Shown here: in pieces, positions 1-9,939 of the stretch
How positions within the stretch are numbered: the first letter of the stretch is position 1
Layout of the letters: every line of letters begins with the position of its first letter
Source: Rhodothermales bacterium
GTDB lineage: Bacteria; Bacteroidota; Rhodothermia; Rhodothermales; DATKEJ01
Reading direction: 5' to 3'
Length of the DNA stretch: 64,000 nt
Assembly (NCBI GenBank): GCA_965250215.1
Contig: CBDFNN010000004.1
Coordinates: 2,232,999 to 2,296,998 of the forward strand
The notes under the pieces: model-generated
What the model was told of the DNA's origin: nothing
The model's input: only the letters and a program-made list of their open reading frames with translations
Database searches by the model: none
Position numbers and translations under genes: made by a program

Positions 1-525
<525 letters not shown>

Positions 526-740
526 TCAAATCTTTCAATCATTGTATATCAAAAGAGATGCCAAGGCCTCATTTTATGACATTATGACATGTTGGTAGCT
601 CGTAGATGTACTTATTGACAGACTTCAAGCGTTTACCGTGTTCCGTATTCCGTTTGCCGAGCGGTATTTTGGGTGTCTGATTTTAACAAGGTCGACAGCA
701 AACTGCCTTTGATATGCCTATATTCCATCAGTCTCACACG

Positions 741-1319
741 ATGAAACACCTACCAAACACACTAACAATTGGTCGGATTATTCTGACCCCCGTTTTCGTT
801 TATTTGATGCTCAAGGGCAGCTTTGTGAGTCAGGTGTGCGGCGTTGTGATATTCATTCTTGCGGCTCTGTCGGATCTTTTTGATGGAAAAATCGCGAGGA
901 AGCATGGATACACCTCTCGTCTTGGGAAATTTCTAGATCCCCTCGCTGATAAAGTATTAGTGCTTTCTGCCCTTTGCATTATGCCTATTCTTCTTCCCGG
1001 CGTTGTTCCTTGGTGGGCCGTTGGTCTAATTGCCGCGCGTGATATTTTGATCACAGCAAAGAGAATGTGGGCTGAATCCCAAGGGAAATCGATTCCTACC
1101 CTACATCTAGCAAAATGGAAAACAACGGTCCAGCTAACCTTTGTTATCTCTGTTTTGGTTTTTATCGCTGCTACAAAGACACCAGTCCTTCCTGAACTCG
1201 GACGCCTGGCAGATTGGTTACTTTATTCTCCCTTTACTTTTGTTTTCCTTTTGATTACAGTTGCCTTCACTCTGTACACGGGCATTTTGTATTTCCAAAA
1301 AGAAGCCGCCGCAAGTTAA
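741..1319 (+). CDS. pgsA: CDP-diacylglycerol--glycerol-3-phosphate 3-phosphatidyltransferase (CDP-alcohol phosphatidyltransferase family)
   Basis: The ORF runs 714..1319. The family-typical N-terminus [13 protein letters not shown] starts at ATG 741. The full CDP-alcohol motif DGx2ARx8Gx3Dx3D is present as [23 protein letters not shown]. The protein is polytopic and hydrophobic. Confidence 0.85.
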   Translation: MKHLPNTLTIGRIILTPVFVYLMLKGSFVSQVCGVVIFILAALSDLFDGKIARKHGYTSRLGKFLDPLADKVLVLSALCIMPILLPGVVPWWAVGLIAARDILITAKRMWAESQGKSIPTLHLAKWKTTVQLTFVISVLVFIAATKTPVLPELGRLADWLLYSPFTFVFLLITVAFTLYTGILYFQKEAAAS

Positions 1320-1321
1320 TC

Positions 1322-1960
1322 ATGACAAATCCCATTCTTGCGTCAAGTCTCGCATCGTCACTTCTCGAAATTGGCGCCGTCGTTTTGCGGCCCGATGATC
1401 CTTTTACTTGGGCCTCAGGAATCAAGTCACCAATATATTGTGACAACAGGTTGACCCTATCCTATCCGAGCCTAAGAAAAACGATAGCAAAAGGTTTTGT
1501 CGATATTCTCATGAGTCAAGATCAATTGCCGGAAGTAATCGTGGGTACAGCCACAGCTGGAATTCCTCACGCCGCTTGGGTCGCCGATCTTCTCGATTTG
1601 CCGATGGCCTATGTTCGATCAAAGGCCAAGAAGCATGGAAAGGCAAATCAGATAGAAGGTCTCCTTGAGGAAGGTGATCGTGTTGTGGTAATCGAAGACC
1701 TTATCTCGACCGGATTGTCCTCGTTGAACGCAGTTGATGCCCTTGCAAAAGTTGGGGCTTATGCCGAACAAGTATTGGCCATTTTTAGTTATGGATTGCC
1801 CAAGGCAAAATCAGCTTTTTCTGAGGCCGCGGTCGATTTTAAGACCCTCACAAATTATGACGTCCTTCTTGAGGTCGCCGTTGAGGAGGAGCGAATTACG
1901 GCTGATGATCTTTCGACCTTGAAAGCATGGAAGCAAGACCCCGCATCTTGGAGGGCTTAG
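1322..1960 (+). CDS. pyrE: Orotate phosphoribosyltransferase
   Basis: I used the internal ATG at 1322 (MTNPILASS) of ORF 1214..1960, because the longer form overlaps pgsA. Motifs seen: [16 protein letters not shown], the PRPP loop [14 protein letters not shown], and [11 protein letters not shown]. Confidence 0.9.
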   Translation: MTNPILASSLASSLLEIGAVVLRPDDPFTWASGIKSPIYCDNRLTLSYPSLRKTIAKGFVDILMSQDQLPEVIVGTATAGIPHAAWVADLLDLPMAYVRSKAKKHGKANQIEGLLEEGDRVVVIEDLISTGLSSLNAVDALAKVGAYAEQVLAIFSYGLPKAKSAFSEAAVDFKTLTNYDVLLEVAVEEERITADDLSTLKAWKQDPASWRA

Positions 1961-3226
1961 ATGAAGGCGGGTATTCTCACGATTGGTGACGAGCTACTCA
2001 TTGGTCAGGTCATCAACACAAATACAGCATGGCTGGGCCAGCGCCTTAATGCCATCGGTTTTGAAGTCCATAGTCAAGTGACCGTTGGCGACGGAATGCA
2101 AAGCATGCTGTCCGCTATGGAGGCCATGTCATTCGATTGCGACTTGATCATAATGACCGGCGGACTTGGCCCGACTCATGATGATATTACCAAACATGCC
2201 CTCGCGAGTTTTGCAGGCGTTGAGCTGGAGATGGATGAGTCCGTTCTTGCATCCGTTGCTGAGAAACTGCGTCACAGAGGTAGAGAGGTGACGGAGGGGA
2301 GTCGACAAATCGGACTGGTTCCAAACGGTGCCGAGGTCCTCGAGAATCCAAAAGGAACGGCTCCAGGTCTGTGGATGCATCGGCAGAGTATTGGTGCTCC
2401 AGGTGCCACTTCCTTTATCGCAGTTCCTGGTGTACCCTATGAAATGAAGGTCATTTTTGATCAGCACATCGCACCCCTATTGAGTGAATTGTCTGGCTTG
2501 AAAGTAATCTGTCAAAAGACACTTTTGACGGCGGGAACGGGGGAGTCGATGTTGGCAAAAAAACTCGGTGACATTTCGGAATTTCTTGACGCAGGGCTCA
2601 GTCTTGCATGGTTGCCTAATGCCGTAACGGGTGTTCGAATCCGAATAACTGCAAAGGGTAATGATCAAGCGAGCACCAAAAGAGAATTAACCACCTTTGA
2701 AAATCGAATTCGAAAGGCGCTAAGCGATTATATCTACGGAGAAGCAGGGGATACTCTCGAAGAAAAACTTGGGTCTCGATTGAGAGAACGAGGACTTAAA
2801 GTAGCTGTCGCGGAGAGCTGCACCGGAGGACTATTGGGAGACAGATTGACACGATACGCTGGCTCGTCTGATTTCTTTCAAGGCGGGGTTATAACCTACT
2901 CTAACTTAGCCAAGGTAGAAATGCTTGATGTGGATGAGCATGTCCTAAATCGGAAGGGTGCTGTAAGTGGCGAAGTGGCAAAGATGATGGCAGAATCCGT
3001 TCGCCAGAAGTTTGGAGCCGATATAGGTCTAAGCACGACCGGTGTTGCTGGTCCGGGCGGAGGGTCTTTGGATAAACCAGTGGGAACGGTCTATACCGCG
3101 ATTGCTAGTGAGGGAGTCACGGATGTGAAAAAGCTAAGCCTGACAAGAGATCGGGATATCAACAGAACACTCGCAACGACTTACCTTCTTTTTAGAACCT
3201 TTCGTTCTTTGGAAGAAGTCAAATAG
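1961..3226 (+). CDS. cinA: CinA family competence/damage-inducible protein (MoCF-binding domain plus nicotinamide-nucleotide amidase PncC domain)
   Basis: N-terminus MKAGILTIGDELLIGQVINTN and the motif TGGLGPTHDDIT. The C-terminal CinA domain shows VAVAESCTGGLLG and GLSTTGVAGPGGG. The ATG directly abuts the pyrE stop (TAGATG). Confidence 0.9.
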   Translation: MKAGILTIGDELLIGQVINTNTAWLGQRLNAIGFEVHSQVTVGDGMQSMLSAMEAMSFDCDLIIMTGGLGPTHDDITKHALASFAGVELEMDESVLASVAEKLRHRGREVTEGSRQIGLVPNGAEVLENPKGTAPGLWMHRQSIGAPGATSFIAVPGVPYEMKVIFDQHIAPLLSELSGLKVICQKTLLTAGTGESMLAKKLGDISEFLDAGLSLAWLPNAVTGVRIRITAKGNDQASTKRELTTFENRIRKALSDYIYGEAGDTLEEKLGSRLRERGLKVAVAESCTGGLLGDRLTRYAGSSDFFQGGVITYSNLAKVEMLDVDEHVLNRKGAVSGEVAKMMAESVRQKFGADIGLSTTGVAGPGGGSLDKPVGTVYTAIASEGVTDVKKLSLTRDRDINRTLATTYLLFRTFRSLEEVK

Positions 3227-3248
3227 AGACTGTTTTCAAGACGATCGC

Positions 3249-3974
3249 TTAGCCCTTAGTGATTGCAAAACTATTTCTTGATCGCGCAGCAAATGTGCTA
3301 TCGATTGAAATTATTTCCTGAGTATGTTGACGATCCTGCCACTCTTTCAGCGAATACCCAGTCGAACTTTTGAGCATTTCGTGATAGAAGATAATTATTT
3401 CGTTTTTTCTATCCTGACTAGCTAGTCCAACAAATCTAGACATCATCACATGATCTTCTAAGGAAAAACCTTTCTCCTTTAAGAAGGATATAGTTCTTGC
3501 CCATTCTCCATTCGGATTATCATTTATCGATTCTTTCGTGTCATAGTACCAAGTATTATGACGAAATTTATTTTCTCCAATGAAGTCCGCGTTGTCAAAA
3601 TTGTAATTGTAGATTAAATCATTTTCAGGCAAGAAGCCTTCAAATTGGACGATGAAGAGCTTAATTATATCGTGATTAGAATCAGCCTTTGAGAACACAT
3701 ATCTCTCACCCGAAGCGATTGCTTTGCCGAGAATGTCAGCTGAATATTCGTCAGAATTTGCGATTATCTCAAAATCAAATTTGCCAAGGAACTCGAATTC
3801 TTCATTTACCTTGATTTCAACTTCTGGGAGTTCGGTTGAGCGAATGACATTATCATCGACCCAGCGAATATTTGAATTCTCTTCTGATCCGTTCTCTGTG
3901 TAGCCTGTAGTCTTTGCTCCTTCATGGCAACCTGCCAGCAAGGAAATAGCGAATAGTAAAAGGACTTTGTTCAT
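3249..3974 (-). CDS. Hypothetical lipoprotein
   Basis: Signal peptide with lipobox MNKVLLLFAISLLAGC. I recognised no other family motif. Confidence 0.55.
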   Translation of the reverse strand: MNKVLLLFAISLLAGCHEGAKTTGYTENGSEENSNIRWVDDNVIRSTELPEVEIKVNEEFEFLGKFDFEIIANSDEYSADILGKAIASGERYVFSKADSNHDIIKLFIVQFEGFLPENDLIYNYNFDNADFIGENKFRHNTWYYDTKESINDNPNGEWARTISFLKEKGFSLEDHVMMSRFVGLASQDRKNEIIIFYHEMLKSSTGYSLKEWQDRQHTQEIISIDSTFAARSRNSFAITKG

Positions 3975-4245
3975 CGATTTCGATCTCTATTGAATTTGGC
4001 TATTTGTGAATGAGTTTAAGATTACCACAGAGCACGCTTGATGAGTTATGGCTAGATAGGCATTATTAATTCCACCTATGTAGAATCTAGCAGGAAAGAA
4101 TAAAAATCATTTTTGAATTCTGAGCCCATTCTTCTTGGATTTTCGGTAGTCTAAATAGTCTGTCGCCCATCGAGATTATTGGTCGAAGATTTCGTTCTGA
4201 AGAAATTATCACCTGTCCCTCACACGGGATGACATACGTAATGCT

Positions 4246-7200
4246 ATGAAAACGTTTTGCACATTACTTCTTTGCACCTACTGCATATTTTCCTCTGATT
4301 TACTCGTCGCTGATGCGGATGAAGAAGATAAAATAAAAGCTACCGTGACTTGGACCGGATTGGGTGATGGTGCATCCTGGACTGATGCCATGAATTGGGA
4401 CAGTGATCCCGCACTTCCGGGAGCAGGGGACGATGTGGTGATCGACCTGGCAGGTTCCAATACGATTAATACCGGAGCGGGGACAAAGACAATAAATAGC
4501 TTTTCATTAGAAGGCAGCAACACATTAAATCAGTCGGTCACGATCAATATATCGGCAGCTAGTTCGATTGGCACTGACGCCATTTGGAATTGGACCGGTG
4601 GTAATCTTGGTGGAGCTCAAATTTCGAATTCCGGTATTGTGAACATCGTGGCCGCCGGAACCAAGCATCTTTCCAGTTTAACTACATTTATCAACAATGG
4701 ATCTATCGTTCTAACAGGTGTTGGAATTCTCTATATGAGAGGCACTACTGTTTTGACCAATAATGGATTGATAGATATTCAAGACCCTGGTCACGCTCTA
4801 GAATTTTGGTCAGGTACGCCAAGCTTGGTCAACTCTTCTACAGGAATAATTCGAAGATCGACAACGACTGGAGACCAAACAATCGATGTTGCTGTGACCA
4901 ACAACGGAGGGAAAATAGAAGTCCTGACTGGCGGCATCCTTCTTACCCGAGCGGGTACCTTCAATGGCGGGACATACGATACAGCTGCCTCAACGAATTT
5001 AGAGTTTAAAACTGGCATTCATGTTTTTGCAGGTGATTTATCAGGGAATGACCTTGGTAGAATATTCTCGTCCTTCACCATGTCTATTCCGGTCGCTGCC
5101 TCGTTCAATTTTTCAAACATGGGATTTGAAAAAACCTCAGGTTCAATAACGGGAGGTGGAACGCTTACTAATGATGGCCTTCTCAAAATTACGACCGCAA
5201 GTACAAAAAAATTACATTCTGCAACCCTTGTGAACAATGACAGAATCGAGGTTTATGATGATGGAATATTCTATTTCCAAACGGACGCTGAACTAATTAA
5301 CAACAGTCTTTTTGAATTGAAGAATGCTGCAGCACCCATTGATCTCTTCTCGGGAACGACAGTTTTCACGAACAAAACAAGTGGTATCATAAGGAAAAGC
5401 ACTGACGGAGACGTGAGTACATTTGATGTTCCAGTAGATAACCAAGGTGGGAAAATCGATGTCACATCTGGGGGTATAAAGTTTACGAGAGCAAGTACTT
5501 TTACGGGAGGGACCTACGACACCGCGGCCAGTACCTCTATCGAGCTAGCGACTGGGATACATGTTTTTGCTGGAACACTGTCCGGAAGTGATCTTGGGCG
5601 ACTATTTTCGACCTCGGTTATTTCGATTCCAGCTGCCGCGACCCTCAATTTCTTGGGCACTGGTTTTGAAAAAGCCGGCTCAGACATCTCGGGAGGGGGG
5701 ACCCTGACCAACACTGGACTATTGACTTTTCGCTCTGGTGCTACAAAAACTCTGACTGGCAATACGACTATTGTCAATGATGGAACGATTGAGGTATATG
5801 ATGATCCTATTCTCTATTTCGTTGGTACATCTTCGATGGTCAACAACGGTCTTTTCGAAATTAAGAATGGCAATGCACTTGTAGATGTGTTTTCAGGTAC
5901 TCCGGTATTTCTGAACAACGCAAGTGGGACAATACGTAAATCAACCGATGCCGTCACCGCAGTTTGGGACCTAGTACTAGATAATCAGGGAGGAAAGATT
6001 GATGTAGTCTCGGGCGGGATCCGTTTTACCCGAGCTAGTACTTTTGCAGGTGGAACTTACGACACCGTGGCAGGGACGAGCCTAGAGTTTGCTACTGGGA
6101 TTCATCAGTTCTCTGGTGAATTGAGTGGGTCTGATCTCGGCAGGACTTTTTCTAGCTCTGCAATGAGTATCCCGGCTAGTGCGGACTTGAATTTTAATAA
6201 TATGGGATTCGAAAAATCGAATAGTAACATATCAGGCGACGGTATTCTGAAAAACCTTGGCAAGATGTCCGTGACTGGGGCAACGACAAAGCATCTCACT
6301 GGAGCTACTACCCTCGAAAACGATGGCATTTTCAGTTTTGAAGCAACGGGTATATTCTATCTTCGAGATACCGCTAAATTCCAAAACGATGGACTCCTTG
6401 AAATTGTTGGAAATGGTCCAATAGATTTGTTTTCGGGAACGCCGAGTTTTGAAAATTCACTGGGAGCCACTTTTCGAAAATCTAGCGCTGGAACGCAAAT
6501 AGTTGATGTTGATTTCTCCAACGCTGGGTTGATAGATGTGGTGACTGGCACGAGTAATTTTACTGCCGATCTTAATCATCAAGCAGGAGGCCTTATTAGT
6601 GGAAACGGCGCGATTGATGTCACGACTACTTTTACGCAGGATGGAGATACGGGACCAGGTGCTTCGCCGGGTGTTCTGAACTGGACTGGGGATTGGATGC
6701 CAAGTGCAGGTTCAACTTATTTTGTTGAATTGGGTGGGGCAACTCCGGGGCCGACTTCGAGTGATCACGATCAGCTTGTGGTTTCAGGTTCTGGCACGAT
6801 GAGTGGGATCATTGACGCAAGGCTGTTCGACAATTTCATTCCTACTGTCGGTGATCAATTTACAATCATGACATGCGCCGGAGGATGCTCTGGTAGTTTC
6901 GCTACGATTGCATCGCTCGGAGGAATTTCCTATTCGGTAACGGTCAACGCAAATGATGTTGTTCTCGAGGTCACCGGTCTGTCTACCCTTAGCCTTACAG
7001 CTTTTTTAGCTGGAGCGACTGCTAATGTATTGCAGGGTGGTGCAGTCATGGATATCGATTTGAATACCGGTGGATTTCTGCCACTTACAGACCCCTATGG
7101 TGGAGGAGTCAGCGTTCCTGATTTCACCGGAGCTCGGTCAGATGTCGTCGATTGGGTCCAGGTCGAACTTCGAAACGATCCTGGCACCCCTCAAACTATT

Positions 7201-7644
7201 CCTGAAGGATTTAAAATTGGGCTTCTTAAATCAAACGGAAAAATCGTTGATATTGATGGATTGAGTCCTCTATTTTTTGGCGAGATCGGGGGCAACATGC
7301 ATCCTGTGATTCATCATCGAAACCATCTTTCCATTGCTTCTAAAGACCCCATCGATGTTGGTCCATCTGCTAGTGCTGTCAATTATAGTTTCTTGTCGGC
7401 AAGCGATCAGGCCTTTGGGACAAATCCTATGGTTCTGATAGACGGTATATGGAGCATGTGGGGAGGAGACGACAATGGAGATGGAAGTATTACGGCTAAT
7501 GACTTCCTACTCGGTTGGCTTCCATTGAATGGTTTGTCTCCCGCATATAACGATGCCGACTTCAACATGGACAGCGAATTTACAGCCTTCGACTTCCTAA
7601 ATATTTGGTTGCCAGGCAATGGACAGGCTTCGCAGATACCCTAG
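4246..7644 (+). CDS. Large secreted repeat protein (1132 aa), adhesin-like and probably beta-helical, with a dockerin-like C-terminal pair
   Basis: N-terminal signal-like MKTFCTLLLCTYCIFSS. About 3.6 tandem units of about 180 aa, rich in G/T/N/S. A HDQLVVSGSGTMSGIIDARLFDNFIPTVGDQFTIM module follows, then a DWVQVELR..HHRNHL module, then a duplicated Ca-loop-like segment DDNGDGSITANDFLLGWLPLNG / EFTAFDFLNIWLPGNG. Confidence 0.8.
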   Translation: MKTFCTLLLCTYCIFSSDLLVADADEEDKIKATVTWTGLGDGASWTDAMNWDSDPALPGAGDDVVIDLAGSNTINTGAGTKTINSFSLEGSNTLNQSVTINISAASSIGTDAIWNWTGGNLGGAQISNSGIVNIVAAGTKHLSSLTTFINNGSIVLTGVGILYMRGTTVLTNNGLIDIQDPGHALEFWSGTPSLVNSSTGIIRRSTTTGDQTIDVAVTNNGGKIEVLTGGILLTRAGTFNGGTYDTAASTNLEFKTGIHVFAGDLSGNDLGRIFSSFTMSIPVAASFNFSNMGFEKTSGSITGGGTLTNDGLLKITTASTKKLHSATLVNNDRIEVYDDGIFYFQTDAELINNSLFELKNAAAPIDLFSGTTVFTNKTSGIIRKSTDGDVSTFDVPVDNQGGKIDVTSGGIKFTRASTFTGGTYDTAASTSIELATGIHVFAGTLSGSDLGRLFSTSVISIPAAATLNFLGTGFEKAGSDISGGGTLTNTGLLTFRSGATKTLTGNTTIVNDGTIEVYDDPILYFVGTSSMVNNGLFEIKNGNALVDVFSGTPVFLNNASGTIRKSTDAVTAVWDLVLDNQGGKIDVVSGGIRFTRASTFAGGTYDTVAGTSLEFATGIHQFSGELSGSDLGRTFSSSAMSIPASADLNFNNMGFEKSNSNISGDGILKNLGKMSVTGATTKHLTGATTLENDGIFSFEATGIFYLRDTAKFQNDGLLEIVGNGPIDLFSGTPSFENSLGATFRKSSAGTQIVDVDFSNAGLIDVVTGTSNFTADLNHQAGGLISGNGAIDVTTTFTQDGDTGPGASPGVLNWTGDWMPSAGSTYFVELGGATPGPTSSDHDQLVVSGSGTMSGIIDARLFDNFIPTVGDQFTIMTCAGGCSGSFATIASLGGISYSVTVNANDVVLEVTGLSTLSLTAFLAGATANVLQGGAVMDIDLNTGGFLPLTDPYGGGVSVPDFTGARSDVVDWVQVELRNDPGTPQTIPEGFKIGLLKSNGKIVDIDGLSPLFFGEIGGNMHPVIHHRNHLSIASKDPIDVGPSASAVNYSFLSASDQAFGTNPMVLIDGIWSMWGGDDNGDGSITANDFLLGWLPLNGLSPAYNDADFNMDSEFTAFDFLNIWLPGNGQASQIP
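4594..6556 (+). repeat. Intragenic tandem repeat, period 540-543 nt (180-181 aa), about 3.6 copies
   Basis: In-frame landmarks recur: GGKIE at 4906, GGKID at 5446 and GGKID at 5989. Each is followed by ..GGI..TRA.TF.GGTYDT.A.T..E..TGIH.F.G.LSG.DLGR.FS. Unit starts SITGGGTLTNDG (about 5142), DISGGGTLTNTG (about 5683) and NISGDGILKNLG (about 6226). Confidence 0.85.
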
Positions 7645-7776
7645 AAGAAGTGAGGAGTGGGGAGTGAGGAGTCGGCCTAGCTTCTAATTCGGACTTATTT
7701 TATACTGAAGGAATGAGGGTATCGAATTAATATTGACCGATTGGCTTGAGCAATTAAGACATCGCCAATGTTAAAT

Positions 7777-8370
7777 CTATCCTCCGTATCTGGAGGGGAT
7801 AGGTTGGTCAGCGCGCTCGCTATCCCAAAAGACGGAAACGATCCACCAGCGTGACCCATCGTTCATTATTTGGATACTATTAATGCCTCTTTGGAAAGGT
7901 TTGAGGTCTGCAGGATTGCTTCTGCTTTCATAAGTCGAAAATATCTGGGTTACGGCGCCAAAGTTATCAGTCGCGCGATCCGTTTCGATCTCATAAAAGG
8001 CCTGAGGTCTTAGTCCTCCATTCCAAAAGCGGTCCATGAACACTGTCGGAGTCACGATCTGCATTTGATGGCCACCTGTTTGTCGATTTCTAAAGGTAGG
8101 AGCCAGTATGGCACCTTCAGCAAAAAGATTATGCCAACGTTCCAAATCTATTTGGACGTCTTTGGGACCTGAAATGACATCGTAAAGGGCGTGGACGATA
8201 TTTTCTAGAGATGAAACGTCAGAGTTGCCATCAGTTTTCTCCATGGGCTTCTGGGCTTCTGGCGTGTCTTTACTCTTTTCTTTTAATACCTCATCCGTGC
8301 TTGGAAACTGGGCGAATAAGATTGACGGGGCGAGAGTGGCAGCAAATATTACTGTAAGTAGCTTTTTCAT
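7777..8370 (-). CDS. Secreted hypothetical protein, NTF2-like/SnoaL-like fold suspected
   Basis: I used the internal ATG at 8370 (MKKLLTVIFAATLAPSILFAQ signal peptide) of ORF 7777..8433. The C-terminal pattern NDGSRWWIVSVFWDSE resembles DUF4440/SnoaL-type proteins. The fold call is tentative. Confidence 0.5.
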   Translation of the reverse strand: MKKLLTVIFAATLAPSILFAQFPSTDEVLKEKSKDTPEAQKPMEKTDGNSDVSSLENIVHALYDVISGPKDVQIDLERWHNLFAEGAILAPTFRNRQTGGHQMQIVTPTVFMDRFWNGGLRPQAFYEIETDRATDNFGAVTQIFSTYESRSNPADLKPFQRGINSIQIMNDGSRWWIVSVFWDSERADQPIPSRYGG

Positions 8371-8470
8371 TGGCTGGAGTTTAGTTGTCCAATTGAAACC
8401 AAAAAGCGAAGGAAGGTTGCCAGTCGATCTCATTGGGATCCGAACTAAGAGAGATCCTGCGTAACTAAGT

Positions 8471-8486
8471 CATATGTAAACATATG
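8471..8486. promoter_or_regulatory. 16-bp palindrome CATATGTAAACATATG, a candidate operator in the divergent region upstream of recA
   Basis: Arms CATATGT and ACATATG are exact reverse complements around an AA centre. The 9-mer CATATGTAA is also tandemly repeated at 8471..8479 and 8481..8489. Confidence 0.25.
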
Positions 8487-8725
8487 TAATTTTCATATAC
8501 CGGTACGCGGATTTTAGTTAATATCGATCAAGAAAAAGTTATGTCGGATGAGCATTCGTGTCTTTAACTAGAAAGCCGGAATGACTAATACTGTTAGTCC
8601 AGATTGTAATCTTCTTTCTAGAAAATATGGACTATTAAGCTGCCAGCTTCCACAAGAATACACGGTACTGCATGAGGAAAGTATTGATATTCGATTTACA
8701 GAAAAGACCCCTAATAGATAATTAA

Positions 8726-9823
8726 ATGGCAAAAGGACAAGAAACCGCTAAGTACAAAGCGCTAGACTTGGCGATGAAACAGATCGAAAAGAACTACGGC
8801 AAGGGTGCCATTATGAGACTTGGAGATGCGCCTTTAGTCAAGATGGACACCATTTCCACAGGTTCACTTGGTTTGGATTTTGCCCTTGGTGTTGGTGGTG
8901 TACCGCGTGGAAGAATAATTGAGATCTATGGCCCTGAATCCTCGGGAAAGACCACATTGGCTACCCACATTATTGCTGAAGCTCAAAAGTTGGAAGGCAT
9001 CTGCGCTTTCATCGACGCTGAGCATGCATTTGATGCTAGCTATGCAGCGAAACTGGGTGTCGACACGGAAAACTTAATCGTTTCCCAGCCGGACACGGGT
9101 GAGCAGGCGCTTGAAATCTGCGACACACTTGTGCGCAGTGGTGCGCTAGACATCGTTGTCATCGACTCCGTTGCTGCTCTAGTTCCTCGTGCAGAGATCG
9201 AGGGGGACATGGGAGACTCGCACATGGGATTGCAAGCTCGTCTTATGAGTCAGGCTCTTAGAAAGTTGACAGGCTCTATTAGTAAGACGAAGACCTGCTT
9301 GGTATTTATCAATCAGATTCGCCAGAAGATCGGCGTCATGTTTGGGAATCCAGAGACCACTTCTGGAGGAAACGCGCTCAAGTTCTACAGCTCTGTTCGC
9401 TTGGATATCCGAAGGATCGGAGCAATCAAAGACGGTACAGATGTAGTCGGCAACAGGACTAGGGTCAAAGTTGTAAAGAATAAAGTGGCGCCACCGTTTA
9501 AGAATGTTGAATTCGACATTATCTATGGAGAAGGCATCTCCTTGAATGGCGAGCTTATCGATTTTGCGCTTGAGTTCGATATCATGCAGAAGTCGGGTTC
9601 ATGGTTTTCCTATGGAGATATTCGAGTAGGTCAAGGAAGAGAAGCTGCAAAGCAATGGCTTATTGACAACGATGACCATAAGGCGAAAATCGTAGAAGGT
9701 GTCAAAATCCAGATGGGGATGATCGAGGGCGAGCCTGTTCCAGAGGAGCCGGAAGACCTAACAGAGGAAATCGCAGCAGAAGCTGAGTCTGTAAGTAACG
9801 GACATGCTGAGGTCGTAGAATAG
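8726..9823 (+). CDS. recA: Recombinase RecA
   Basis: [24 protein letters not shown], Walker [38 protein letters not shown]. Acidic C-terminal tail. Confidence 0.97.
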   Translation: MAKGQETAKYKALDLAMKQIEKNYGKGAIMRLGDAPLVKMDTISTGSLGLDFALGVGGVPRGRIIEIYGPESSGKTTLATHIIAEAQKLEGICAFIDAEHAFDASYAAKLGVDTENLIVSQPDTGEQALEICDTLVRSGALDIVVIDSVAALVPRAEIEGDMGDSHMGLQARLMSQALRKLTGSISKTKTCLVFINQIRQKIGVMFGNPETTSGGNALKFYSSVRLDIRRIGAIKDGTDVVGNRTRVKVVKNKVAPPFKNVEFDIIYGEGISLNGELIDFALEFDIMQKSGSWFSYGDIRVGQGREAAKQWLIDNDDHKAKIVEGVKIQMGMIEGEPVPEEPEDLTEEIAAEAESVSNGHAEVVE

Positions 9824-9853
9824 ACTCAGATAGTCGTCCATATGCATTAAAAA

Positions 9854-9891
9854 AGGAGTCAGGGTCGAGAGATTTTGGCTCCTCTTATTTT
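9854..9891 (+). terminator. Possible intrinsic terminator after recA
   Basis: AGGAGTC (9854..9860) pairs with GGCTCCT (9877..9883), giving 7 bp including one G-U and a 16-nt loop. It is followed by CTTATTTT. The loop is long, so this call is weak. Confidence 0.35.
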
Positions 9892-9939
9892 AGAACCTTT
9901 CTGTTATCCACCTGATCGTCCTTAGTAGTATCTTTAGAA

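Noticed and set aside
4278-6551. A series of 64-87-aa minus-strand ORFs inside the giant repeat gene, recurring roughly once per repeat unit.
   Set aside because: Their periodicity simply reflects the 540-nt repeat of the plus-strand gene. The translations are compositionally biased (P/S/V/R) and have no start context. They are shadow ORFs.
7651-7673. The purine-rich direct repeat AGTGAGGAGT..GGGG..AGTGAGGAGT just after the giant gene. It could be a G-quadruplex or a repeat element.
   Set aside because: The G-runs are too short and irregular for a stable G4. There is a single occurrence in the window. It lies in a 3' region shared by two convergent genes.
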